Source of the DNA: a virus
Strand: one strand, 5' to 3'
Length of the DNA: 64,000 bases
Virus record (IMG/VR): IMGVR_UViG_3300025120_014869
Location: 14,261-78,260 of that record
The first letter of the stretch is position 1. Every line of letters begins with the position of its first letter. Positions 28,213 to 37,158 of this stretch are shown piece after piece. Under the pieces are notes generated by a model that saw only the letters and a list, made by a program, of their open reading frames with translations, was not told where the DNA came from and ran no database searches. The translations under genes and the position numbers were made by a program.

Positions 28213-28709
28213 TGTCTCAAGACGATATCAGAAAACAGCATGAGGAAGATCAAGCGGTACTAGCGTTTTTAGGCGGAACTTATGGGGAACTCAAACAGCT
28301 AGACGGTCATATTGTTGGCCGTTCTAGCACCCTAGCCCCTAGAAGTGAAGAAACAAAAAAGGTAGTTGAGGAGTTTGTTAAATCTAAACAACAAGCTCCA
28401 AGACCTGCTCCTCCACCTCCTCCACCAACCCCTCCTCCAGTTGAAATCCAACAGCAAGAGATAGTTCAACAAGTAGATCAACATACGATAGTACCACCGG
28501 AAATTCAAGATGATGAACCGTTCAATGACGATCAATTAACGTTTAATTTTGACGTAACTGAAAAGGATTTACTATTTGATAAGATTGATAAATTAACTAC
28601 ACAAGTCGATAAATTACATCGTAAAGTCGATAAGTTGTTTAATGAGTTGAAGACGCCAGTAAAAAAGCAGTCAAAAAAAAAATCAGTTGAACCTAAAGAG
28701 GAAAACTAA
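28212..28709 (+). CDS. Hypothetical protein with polyproline tract and coiled coil
   Basis: PRPAPPPPPPTPPP; DKIDKLTTQVDKLHRKVDKL heptads. Confidence 0.7.
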   Translation: MSQDDIRKQHEEDQAVLAFLGGTYGELKQLDGHIVGRSSTLAPRSEETKKVVEEFVKSKQQAPRPAPPPPPPTPPPVEIQQQEIVQQVDQHTIVPPEIQDDEPFNDDQLTFNFDVTEKDLLFDKIDKLTTQVDKLHRKVDKLFNELKTPVKKQSKKKSVEPKEEN

Positions 28710-28726
28710 TATAATAAAGCATATAT

Positions 28727-29455
28727 ATGGCTTATTTAAAAATAAAAAATAAAAAAGATTTTATATCTAATTTCTTAGGACCTATTTCCAATCTTAATGA
28801 AACTTGTATATTAGAAGTAAAAGATAATAAATTAATATCAATATTAGCTTCTGCTGATAGTACGATTGTATGTAAAGGTGAAGTAGAGATTGAGTGTGAT
28901 ATAGAAACTAAAATTAATATACCTGATATAAAAAAGTTTATACGTGTATTAGAGATTATACCTACTGCAGATATAGAATTGAATATTAGTAGTAATAATA
29001 TTTCTTATAATAAAGATGGTTATAAATTTAGATATCATTTATTAGATGATGGTATTATAAAACAACCTTCTCTTAATATTGATAAAGTTAATAAACTAAC
29101 TTTTGATACATCTTTTGAAGTAAAAGAAAATAATTTAAGTACTATATTTAAAGGTAGTTCATTTGCTACTGAAACTTCTAAAATTTATCTTTATGAAGAG
29201 GGTGAAAAGATATATGGAGAGTTAGGTGATAGAAATAGACATAATTCAGATAACTTTGTATGTGTATTAAGTGAAGAATATAACGGTAGTTTACCAAAGG
29301 CTTTACCTATTAATTTTGATTCTTTTAGATTGATTAGTTTTTCAGGTAGTAAAAATATTAAGTTTAATGTCAATACTGAAATGGGTGTGATTACATGCAC
29401 TTTTGATAAAGGTGATACATCATTGATTTATATTATATCAGCATTAATTAATTAA
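28727..29455 (+). CDS. gp45: Sliding clamp gp45
   Basis: 242 aa, INIPDIKKFIRVL, FRYHLLD..II..P, C-terminal YIIS; clamp-like pattern. Confidence 0.7.
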   Translation: MAYLKIKNKKDFISNFLGPISNLNETCILEVKDNKLISILASADSTIVCKGEVEIECDIETKINIPDIKKFIRVLEIIPTADIELNISSNNISYNKDGYKFRYHLLDDGIIKQPSLNIDKVNKLTFDTSFEVKENNLSTIFKGSSFATETSKIYLYEEGEKIYGELGDRNRHNSDNFVCVLSEEYNGSLPKALPINFDSFRLISFSGSKNIKFNVNTEMGVITCTFDKGDTSLIYIISALIN

Positions 29456-29456
29456 T

Positions 29457-29813
29457 ATGAAGAAAGATTGGTCTGAACATAAAGTTAAAAATAAAATTAA
29501 AACTGCTGGTTATTTTATTAAAAGATTAAAAGATAACGGTTTTGTAGTTTTTAAAATGTTCAATGCATATGCTAAAAGTGATCCAAGAAGATGGTCAGTT
29601 TTAGTAGATCCAGGTAATCATAGTGTATATGTAACTTGTTTTACCAATAAAGAACAAAAAGGTGAAGTATTATTTGAATTTGACGATGGAGGTAATCATT
29701 TTAATAAAGGGTTTTACCTTAAAACTGATAGTATAGAAGTTATTATTAATTTATTATTAGAAAAAGGCATTAATAATGATGCAACAGTTAATCCATTTGG
29801 TTTAATTAAATAA
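29457..29813 (+). CDS. Hypothetical protein
   Basis: Tightly packed co-oriented ORF. Confidence 0.7.
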   Translation: MKKDWSEHKVKNKIKTAGYFIKRLKDNGFVVFKMFNAYAKSDPRRWSVLVDPGNHSVYVTCFTNKEQKGEVLFEFDDGGNHFNKGFYLKTDSIEVIINLLLEKGINNDATVNPFGLIK

Positions 29814-29817
29814 TTAC

Positions 29818-30150
29818 ATGGAATCTAACGATGACAGTTTAGATAATAAAAATAAAAAGCCTGCTAAGAAGAAAAAAATTATAGTTAAGGATGTTATTGA
29901 TATCAAAACTGAAGAAGTTCTTAAAGAAGCATTAAGAAGAGTTGTTAGAGAAAAAATAAAAGAAAGAAATTGTGATGATGAAATAGAAGCAATGGTTGCT
30001 ACTTGCTCAGAGTTTTTAAAATCTTTTATTGTTATGGGATACGATTTTGAAGGAAACGCTATTAAACCAATTTTTTATGGTAAATCAGATTCTGATAAGG
30101 ATGCGTTAATGTACTACCTTCAAACCTATTTTATGACTGGACATCAGTAA
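29818..30150 (+). CDS. Hypothetical protein (late-type promoter)
   Basis: TAAATA-N5-ATG. Confidence 0.7.
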   Translation: MESNDDSLDNKNKKPAKKKKIIVKDVIDIKTEEVLKEALRRVVREKIKERNCDDEIEAMVATCSEFLKSFIVMGYDFEGNAIKPIFYGKSDSDKDALMYYLQTYFMTGHQ

Positions 30151-30171
30151 TTTTTATATTAAAATATATTA

Positions 30172-31035
30172 GTGAAAGTTTTAATTTTAGGTAAGGGATA
30201 TATATCTAATTTTCTGGTAGATATTTTTAAAGGTAAAGGTTATAAGGTAGATAATTTTTCTAGAAAAGAATTAGATTATACTGATGACGATGAACTTTAT
30301 AGTGTTATATCAACAGAACCATATGAAGCAGTAATTAATACAGCAGGTTTTACAGGAAAACCTAACGTTGATGAATGTGAAGTTAGAAGACAAGAATGCT
30401 TTAATTTAAATGTAAAGTTACCTAAAACAATAGAAAATATATGCAAACTATGCGACGTAAATTTCGTTCATATAAGTTCAGGTTGTATATATACAGGGTA
30501 TGAAAAGGAATATACTGAAGAAGATGAACCTAACTTTGGATTATTTAACGATGAGGCTAGTTTTTATAGTAAAACTAAACATGCTGGAGAAATGATGTTA
30601 GATGATCAATTTACTAATATTATTCGAATAAGAATGCCTATAGAAGATAAATTATCTCCTAAAAATTTATTAACTAAATTATTAAAATATGATTTTCTTA
30701 TTGATTTTGTGAATAGTAAGACAGATGTGTATAAATTAAGTGAGTTTGTATTTACTGTAGTTGAAAACTTTAAAGCTGGTATTTATAATGCTGTACATAG
30801 CAACCCTCTTTCGACGAAAGATGTTGTAGAAATTTTAAAAGAATATGAATTAGTTAACGAAAATTGGAATTTTATACCTTATGATGAATTAGATATTAAG
30901 GCTAATAGAAGTAATTGTGTTCTTAATAATGATAAATCATATGATGACTTTAATTTTGAGTGGGGAGATGAGGAAACTTACTTAAGACTTAACGCATCGT
31001 TAATTTCAAATAGAGAAAAATGGAATGATAAATAA
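30172..31035 (+). CDS. NDP-4-keto-6-deoxyglucose 3,5-epimerase/4-reductase (NRS/ER, RmlD-like SDR)
   Basis: LGKGYIS, AGFTGKPNVDECE, SSGCIY, SFYSKTK, RIRMP, RSNCVL. Confidence 0.82.
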   Translation: MKVLILGKGYISNFLVDIFKGKGYKVDNFSRKELDYTDDDELYSVISTEPYEAVINTAGFTGKPNVDECEVRRQECFNLNVKLPKTIENICKLCDVNFVHISSGCIYTGYEKEYTEEDEPNFGLFNDEASFYSKTKHAGEMMLDDQFTNIIRIRMPIEDKLSPKNLLTKLLKYDFLIDFVNSKTDVYKLSEFVFTVVENFKAGIYNAVHSNPLSTKDVVEILKEYELVNENWNFIPYDELDIKANRSNCVLNNDKSYDDFNFEWGDEETYLRLNASLISNREKWNDK

Positions 31036-31495
31036 TAAACAAGAAATATTAGGGTTTACTGCAGGTAATTTTGACCTACTGCATCCAGGTTATATATACA
31101 CGTTTGAAGAAGCAAAAAGACATTGTGATAAATTTATAGTGTTTTTACAAAGAGATCCTTCTCAAACTAGATTTACAAAATATAAACCTGTTATACCGTA
31201 TTATGAACGATATAAAACATTAATGGCTATCCAATACATAGATGATGTTTATATGTACCAAACTGAAGAAGAACTTGTAGAATTAATTGCTTTCTTTAAA
31301 CCTGATATACGTATATTAGGAGAAGATTATATAGGTAAAAAATTTACAGGTCATGATATCTTTATAACGCATAAGATACATCCACCTAAAGTCATATATA
31401 CAACAAGATCGCATGAATGGTCTACAACAAAGATTAAAGATTTAATTACAAGACAAACATTAAAACAAAATCCTGATATTTTAAAAGATGAGTAA
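31025..31495 (+). CDS. TagD-like cytidylyltransferase
   Basis: AGNFDLLHPGY, ERYKTL, GEDY, RSHEWSTTKIK. Confidence 0.8.
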   Translation: MINNKQEILGFTAGNFDLLHPGYIYTFEEAKRHCDKFIVFLQRDPSQTRFTKYKPVIPYYERYKTLMAIQYIDDVYMYQTEEELVELIAFFKPDIRILGEDYIGKKFTGHDIFITHKIHPPKVIYTTRSHEWSTTKIKDLITRQTLKQNPDILKDE

Positions 31496-32441
31496 AAAAA
31501 ACATATTAGTAACTGGAGGGTATGGATTTATCGGTGGTAATTTTATACGATTCCTTAAAGACAATTTTGATCATAATATAGTATGTGTAGATAAGAACGG
31601 TTATGCTTCTAATCCGGAATATATTAAAGGTATATGTGATGAAGAATATGAGATTGATATTGCAAGACATACCAATGCATTAGAAGAAGTATTTAAAACG
31701 CATGATAAATTTGATTATATTTTTCATTTAGCAGCTGAGTCACATGTAGATAATAGTATTTCAGGTCCTACTGAATTTGTTTATTCTAATGTATTAGGTA
31801 CGCAAAATCTATTAGAGCTATTCCGTAAACAAGAATATGGTAAATTTATACATATAAGTACTGATGAGGTTTACGGTCACTTAGGTTATAACGATCCATC
31901 ATTTACAGAGGATAGTCCTATTGCACCTCGTTCTCCCTATGCTGCAAGTAAGGCATCAAGCGATCTCATGTGTTTAAGTTATATTGAAACGTTTCAAAGT
32001 AATATATGTATAACAAGGTGTTGTAATAACTATGGACCTAATCAGAATGCGGAAAAATTTATACCAACTATAATTAATAGTTTAAAAAATGGAAAGAAAA
32101 TTCCAGTATATGGTGAAGGGTTAAATATTCGGGAATGGATTCACGTGCATGATCATTGTTTAGGTATTTGGGCAGTTGCAACAAAAGGTAAAAAAGGTAT
32201 ATATAATATAGGATCTGGTTTTGAAATCTCTAATATTGAATTAGTTGATTGTATTTGTCGTAAAATGGGTAGAGATATTGATGATAGTGTTAAGTTTGTT
32301 AAAGATAGATTAGGACATGATTTTAGATATAGTATTGATAGCACAAAATTAGATAATGAATTGTTATTTGAATTAAATTATCCTAATTTTGAAGATGAGA
32401 TAGCAAAAGTTGTTGAGTATTATGAAAATCCGACAAGGTGA
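31488..32441 (+). CDS. rmlB: dTDP/NDP-glucose 4,6-dehydratase
   Basis: TGGYGFIG, LAAESHVDNSI, STDEVYG, YAASK, NNYGP, REWIHV.DH, DRLGHDFRY. Confidence 0.93.
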   Translation: MSKKNILVTGGYGFIGGNFIRFLKDNFDHNIVCVDKNGYASNPEYIKGICDEEYEIDIARHTNALEEVFKTHDKFDYIFHLAAESHVDNSISGPTEFVYSNVLGTQNLLELFRKQEYGKFIHISTDEVYGHLGYNDPSFTEDSPIAPRSPYAASKASSDLMCLSYIETFQSNICITRCCNNYGPNQNAEKFIPTIINSLKNGKKIPVYGEGLNIREWIHVHDHCLGIWAVATKGKKGIYNIGSGFEISNIELVDCICRKMGRDIDDSVKFVKDRLGHDFRYSIDSTKLDNELLFELNYPNFEDEIAKVVEYYENPTR

Positions 32442-32691
32442 AGTGTTTGCATGTCATCACGGGCCTTATGCAGGTCAGATGTTTTGTTTCATTAATAGAA
32501 ATAAAAAGGAACTGTTATATAATTTTCTTAGAATGCCTGAAATGATAACTACTTCAATATCACAAAAAGATTTTGATGATGGGTTAGATAAAGGTATAAT
32601 AAAATTAGTTGAGAAAGTACCAAAGTACGTTTTTCAAGTAATTGAAGCACAATATAAGAAAAATGAAAATACTGACGATAGACGGAAATAA
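32422..32691 (+). CDS. Hypothetical protein
   Basis: ATG 32422; overlaps both neighbours. Confidence 0.6.
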   Translation: MKIRQGEVFACHHGPYAGQMFCFINRNKKELLYNFLRMPEMITTSISQKDFDDGLDKGIIKLVEKVPKYVFQVIEAQYKKNENTDDRRK

Positions 32692-33547
32692 TTTAGTTCA
32701 CAGAGTTTATTGGGTTGCCAATAATATAAAAAACGTAAAAGAAAATTATCACGTTTATATGTTTTTAAATTCAGTAAAAAGTTATGTAGAATTATATAAG
32801 CCTGATAAAACTTTTATGGTCTGGGATGAAAAACCTGATTATAGACCTAATAAACGTAAAGAACTATTAAAAGAATATAAAGGTAACCGTAATAAAGATT
32901 ATAACGTTGAAGTTCATGCAGGTAATGAATTGATAAAAGAATTATTACAAGATATAGGTATTCCATCTATTTTTCCAAGAGAATATGAAGCTGATGATGT
33001 TATAGGTATAATTGATAAAGCAGCTCGTTCTGAAAGTGTATCTAAGTTTTACTTAACAAAAAAATTATACAGACATATTATCATTACTGTTGATAGGGAT
33101 TTATGTCAATTAATTAATGAAAAAGTTTCAGTTTATGATCCTATACGAAAATATGAAATTAATAATGATAATTTTGAAGAAAAATTAAAGTATAAGAAGG
33201 AAGACTTTATTAAAGTTAAAGCATTGCAAGGTGATAAAAGTGATAACATACCTGGTATAAAAGGTATGGGTAAAGTTAAAACCGAAAAATACCTAAAAGG
33301 AGAAGTAGAATTAACTAATGATGAAATAGAGATATATAATAAAAATTTGCAATTAGTTAAGCTTACTAATGATAGTGAAGAAGTTAATTATGTTAATGAG
33401 CAAATTTATAAAGCTAGTTTCGATACTAATTGGGATAAGTTTTTAGATAAATGTAAAGAATTGAAATTTAATAATATTCTTAAGAAAGATACGGTATGGT
33501 ATAATACCTTTTTTCAAGATAATAGATTAATAGACCTTTTATCATAA
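32663..33547 (+). CDS. rnh: RNase H / 5'-3' exonuclease (T4 Rnh-like)
   Basis: IDGNNL, YKGNR, EADDVIG, DRDLCQL, GDKSDNIPGI; start at ATG 32663. Confidence 0.9.
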   Translation: MKILTIDGNNLVHRVYWVANNIKNVKENYHVYMFLNSVKSYVELYKPDKTFMVWDEKPDYRPNKRKELLKEYKGNRNKDYNVEVHAGNELIKELLQDIGIPSIFPREYEADDVIGIIDKAARSESVSKFYLTKKLYRHIIITVDRDLCQLINEKVSVYDPIRKYEINNDNFEEKLKYKKEDFIKVKALQGDKSDNIPGIKGMGKVKTEKYLKGEVELTNDEIEIYNKNLQLVKLTNDSEEVNYVNEQIYKASFDTNWDKFLDKCKELKFNNILKKDTVWYNTFFQDNRLIDLLS

Positions 33548-33555
33548 ATAATTAT

Positions 33556-33798
33556 ATGCATAATTTTATAAACCCTCAAAAAATTAGATCACCTTATACA
33601 GGAGAAACATCTATACCAACATTTAATACATATGATGCAGATGGTAAAACTTATGAGCAAGCTATTTTTTCAGACCCGGTAACAGGTCATATTATCAAAA
33701 AAGGTTTAATTAGCGTTAAAGATGCTAAGACTGGGGAATTAATTCAAGATTACAATAGTGCACTAAGTCAGAGTAATACTACTCAACATAGGCAATAA
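33556..33798 (+). CDS. Small hypothetical protein (late-type promoter)
   Basis: TAAATA-N5-ATG. Confidence 0.65.
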   Translation: MHNFINPQKIRSPYTGETSIPTFNTYDADGKTYEQAIFSDPVTGHIIKKGLISVKDAKTGELIQDYNSALSQSNTTQHRQ

Positions 33799-33833
33799 TC
33801 TTGATATCCTAAGATCATATCTTATAATAAGGT

Positions 33834-34865
33834 ATGATATCCGTACCTGAGCAGTATGTTATAGATGTACTATATGAGAATGTTTATAAAATCTCATATA
33901 ACAAATATACTAAAACCTATAATGGTTGCTGCCCTATATGTAAAGAAGGAGGTTCTTGGGGTAAAAAGAAAAGATTTTATTATATACCTAATAAAGAATT
34001 AGCTTATTGTCATAATTGCGGTTACAGTAAAAAAGCTCTCGTCTTTATTACTGAAGTTACTAATAAACCTCTTCATTTTGTTATAAATGAAATAAAAGAC
34101 TTTGATACTGAAATTATAATTGATAAAAAAGAAGAGGTAATAAAAAAAGAAATTAATAAAAGTTTACCTGAAGATTGTATTAATTTATCTGATGTAAGTC
34201 AAATAGAATATTATAAAGATGATCCAGCAGTTAAAGAAGCTTTAAGGATTATAAAAGAAAGAAAATTAGATAAAGGTATTAATAAACCTAAAACGTTTTA
34301 TATTTCATTAAACGATCCTGTACATAAAAATAGATTAATATTACCTTTCTATAATGAAATAGATGAAATTATATTTTATCAGAGTAGAGGTTTATTAAAA
34401 AAAGATTTATTTAATAAACCAAAGTATCTGAGTAAAGTTAATGCAGAAAGAAGTTTATATGGGGTACAAAATATTGATTCTTCTTTAGAACAAGTTTTTG
34501 TATTTGAAGGACCTATAGATAGTTATTTTTGTAAAAATGGATTAGCTACTTGCGGTATTACAGAAAATAGCAATAGAATGTTTACATCATTGCAGAAAGA
34601 ACAGTTAAATAAACTTAACTTTTATGATAAAATTTATGTATTAGATAATCAATGGTTAGATAAAGCAGCATTGAATAAAAGTATAATTTTAGCAGGTAGT
34701 AATGAAAAAGTATTTGTATGGCCTAAAGAATTAAAAACCTTTAAAGATTTCAATGAAATATGTGTTGCAGGTAATAAAGACAAAATAAGACCTGAATTTA
34801 TATTAAAAAATACATATTCAGGTCTTAAAGCTAAAATTTTATTAACTGAAATAAAAAATAGTTAA
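33834..34865 (+). CDS. gp61: DNA primase gp61
   Basis: CPIC...CHNC zinc domain, YQSR, PKYL, FEGPIDS, LDN, KDFNE. Confidence 0.92.
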   Translation: MISVPEQYVIDVLYENVYKISYNKYTKTYNGCCPICKEGGSWGKKKRFYYIPNKELAYCHNCGYSKKALVFITEVTNKPLHFVINEIKDFDTEIIIDKKEEVIKKEINKSLPEDCINLSDVSQIEYYKDDPAVKEALRIIKERKLDKGINKPKTFYISLNDPVHKNRLILPFYNEIDEIIFYQSRGLLKKDLFNKPKYLSKVNAERSLYGVQNIDSSLEQVFVFEGPIDSYFCKNGLATCGITENSNRMFTSLQKEQLNKLNFYDKIYVLDNQWLDKAALNKSIILAGSNEKVFVWPKELKTFKDFNEICVAGNKDKIRPEFILKNTYSGLKAKILLTEIKNS

Positions 34866-35152
34866 TTTTTATTAAGAGGTTGTTCTTTACCTACAAAACC
34901 AGGAGCTCTACTACCGGTAGTCATAAAATCTACGTATTGATTTAAGGTTTTCAATTCACTTACTATAGCTTCTAATGATTGCTCTATATTACCAAAAGCA
35001 ATATCTTCATTATCTTCACAATCTAAAGGTTCCATTTGACCTAATTGGTCATCTTCAGGAGCCTCTTCCGGGGCATACTGATCATTTACATCTTCAGAAA
35101 TAGTTTTACCTGCTAAGTATCTTTCAAAAATTATTTTTTCTTCGTTATTCAT
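34862..35152 (-). CDS. Acidic late protein
   Basis: MNNEEKIIFERY leader similar to ORF 3956. Confidence 0.65.
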   Translation of the reverse strand: MNNEEKIIFERYLAGKTISEDVNDQYAPEEAPEDDQLGQMEPLDCEDNEDIAFGNIEQSLEAIVSELKTLNQYVDFMTTGSRAPGFVGKEQPLNKN

Positions 35153-35154
35153 AA

Positions 35155-35565
35155 TTATACATATTTATATTTAGGATCATTTGCTCCAGCTAGGTAGCCT
35201 TTTAAAATTTCACTTAAAGATGATATTTCCATTGCAACTCTTGCAATCTTTTTAGTTTCAGCATTTGAAATGCTATCAAATAAAGTATCATCTTCAGCAG
35301 TATTGAGTTTAGTTTGTACACTACCTTCTGTACCATTTAAATAATTTGAAAATCTATCCATTTCTTGTATCCATGAATTTAATTCATCATACATTTCTTT
35401 TTGTCCGTTGGCTATTGGTGCATCTGGCACGTCTACGTCAAAATCACCTGTATCAGTACCGTCATCCAACGTAGCATCCATTGCTTCTGTATCAGTAATT
35501 TCACTGTCTAATTCTTCGTCTTGTTCATTTAAAAACTTAGAAAACTTTTTTACATATAAACTCAT
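35155..35565 (-). CDS. Acidic late protein with capsid-targeting-like leader
   Basis: Start reassigned to MSLYVKKFSKFLNE (ATG 35565), TATAAATA-N5-ATG. Confidence 0.7.
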   Translation of the reverse strand: MSLYVKKFSKFLNEQDEELDSEITDTEAMDATLDDGTDTGDFDVDVPDAPIANGQKEMYDELNSWIQEMDRFSNYLNGTEGSVQTKLNTAEDDTLFDSISNAETKKIARVAMEISSLSEILKGYLAGANDPKYKYV

Positions 35566-35567
35566 AT

Positions 35568-35585
35568 TAATATTTATAAATATTA
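35568..35585. promoter_or_regulatory. Palindromic bidirectional late promoter
   Basis: Perfect 18-bp palindrome TAATATTTATAAATATTA containing TATAAATA on both strands. Confidence 0.8.
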
Positions 35586-35587
35586 GT

Positions 35588-35971
35588 ATGCATTCTAAAG
35601 TAAACTTCAATGATTTTTTATCTCAACTAAATGAAGACATCGGATCCGACAATATGATACCTGATTCTCAAAGGCAACAACTTGGACTTAAGTCTGAAGT
35701 ACCTGCTCAACAGACGTCAGTTAATGATATGATGAGAAGACAAGGAAGAACTGATGTTGCACCAGAAAATATACCATACCCGTTAGGTCAGTTTGAAGAT
35801 ACTGCATCTGAAGCTTATGTTGCTATACAGAATTTAGAACAGATACTTAAAATAGCTAAAACTAATGAAGTTATTAAGAATAAAAAACCTTTAGATGCTA
35901 TTGGCAAAGAATTAATCAATTTAAAAAAAGAAATAGTTGATATTTCAAGGAAAGTGTCTAAAATAAAATAA
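35588..35971 (+). CDS. Late protein with capsid-targeting-like leader
   Basis: Start reassigned to MHSKVNFNDFLSQLNE (ATG 35588). Confidence 0.7.
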   Translation: MHSKVNFNDFLSQLNEDIGSDNMIPDSQRQQLGLKSEVPAQQTSVNDMMRRQGRTDVAPENIPYPLGQFEDTASEAYVAIQNLEQILKIAKTNEVIKNKKPLDAIGKELINLKKEIVDISRKVSKIK

Positions 35972-36345
35972 TGAAGAAAGCTTTTATATCCCTATCTATA
36001 ACATTATTAGTTAGTATATTATTTGGAGTCATTTTTAAAGATATATATGTATTTTGCATTGCATTTATTTTTCAATTCTTATTTTTTTATCTATTCAATT
36101 CAGTTTATGGAAACTACTTAAGCAAGAAGGCTTTACAATTAGCTACTGAATTTGAAAAAGAAAGAAGTAAAAATGAAAGAATCGTTACATGTCAATGTGG
36201 TGGTAGAAGTACACAAGAGGTTAGTTTAGATCCTACTAAAGAACAAATTTATAATTGTAAAGAGTGTGGTAAAGATATAAGAATTAATATTTTTATAGAT
36301 ACAACGTTAGTTACAACTCCAGTTTATAGTGCTTCAAATGGATAG
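35971..36345 (+). CDS. Membrane protein with C-terminal zinc ribbon
   Basis: Two N-terminal TM segments; CQCG...CKECG. Confidence 0.7.
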   Translation: MKKAFISLSITLLVSILFGVIFKDIYVFCIAFIFQFLFFYLFNSVYGNYLSKKALQLATEFEKERSKNERIVTCQCGGRSTQEVSLDPTKEQIYNCKECGKDIRINIFIDTTLVTTPVYSASNG

Positions 36346-36742
36346 CAATTACGATAAACATTTTAAAGAAGTTAAACCAACTTCCTTTAGTGAAGAAAAA
36401 AAAGAAGTAAATATAACTTTAAATGAATTAATTAATTTTTTTAAGGATGGAAACTTTGAAAACTACCAAGAGCTAAATAATGGCATAGTATATCAAAAGA
36501 ATAAAGATCTTAAATTAGTAGAGCAATTTTTTAAGTTACTTATCGAAGAAGCTGATAAAGTACAAAGTAAAGCTAAAAATACTGAGGATAATATTTTATT
36601 TAAAAATAACAAAAAAATATTAGTAACTAATTTAAATTTCATACGAGAAACTTTTAATCAATACGGTATCAATGAAAGCAGAATATTATACTTTCTTTTA
36701 GGAACTTTCATACAATATATATATGAGCAACGAAAGTATTAA
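36338..36742 (+). CDS. Hypothetical protein
   Basis: ATG 36338; packed operon. Confidence 0.6.
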   Translation: MDSNYDKHFKEVKPTSFSEEKKEVNITLNELINFFKDGNFENYQELNNGIVYQKNKDLKLVEQFFKLLIEEADKVQSKAKNTEDNILFKNNKKILVTNLNFIRETFNQYGINESRILYFLLGTFIQYIYEQRKY

Positions 36743-36986
36743 TATTGAAGAAGAATATGGGTTAGATTTTTTAGCAAGATTTGCTTGTTTATACGAAGGT
36801 GTAAATGTAGCATGTGCAAGAGCAGAAAAATTAGGTTATGATACGGAAAAGAGTAATGTGTGGATTAAACCTACAGCATTACAAAAGTATATTGATGAGA
36901 GATATCTAGATATGAAATATGATATGTCACTCTATAAAAAAGGAATGGATACAGATGAAATTTATCCCTGGAACCAGGTTTATTAA
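36723..36986 (+). CDS. Hypothetical protein
   Basis: Overlapping co-oriented ORF. Confidence 0.65.
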   Translation: MSNESINIEEEYGLDFLARFACLYEGVNVACARAEKLGYDTEKSNVWIKPTALQKYIDERYLDMKYDMSLYKKGMDTDEIYPWNQVY

Positions 36987-37158
36987 TAAAACCTTTAAAC
37001 ATACAAAATTCTTTAAAAGAGGTGAACCATTTACTATTAAAAATATAAAATTAAAGGATGGTAAAATAGAATATACCTTTGATTTTATTGAATATGAAAA
37101 GTCTATTAAGTTTAATTCTAGTGAAGAAGCTGATAAAGTACTTTCTGTTATGATTTAG
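36955..37158 (+). CDS. Small hypothetical protein
   Basis: MKFIPGTRF start at 36955; 4-bp stop overlap with neck gene. Confidence 0.55.
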   Translation: MKFIPGTRFINKTFKHTKFFKRGEPFTIKNIKLKDGKIEYTFDFIEYEKSIKFNSSEEADKVLSVMI

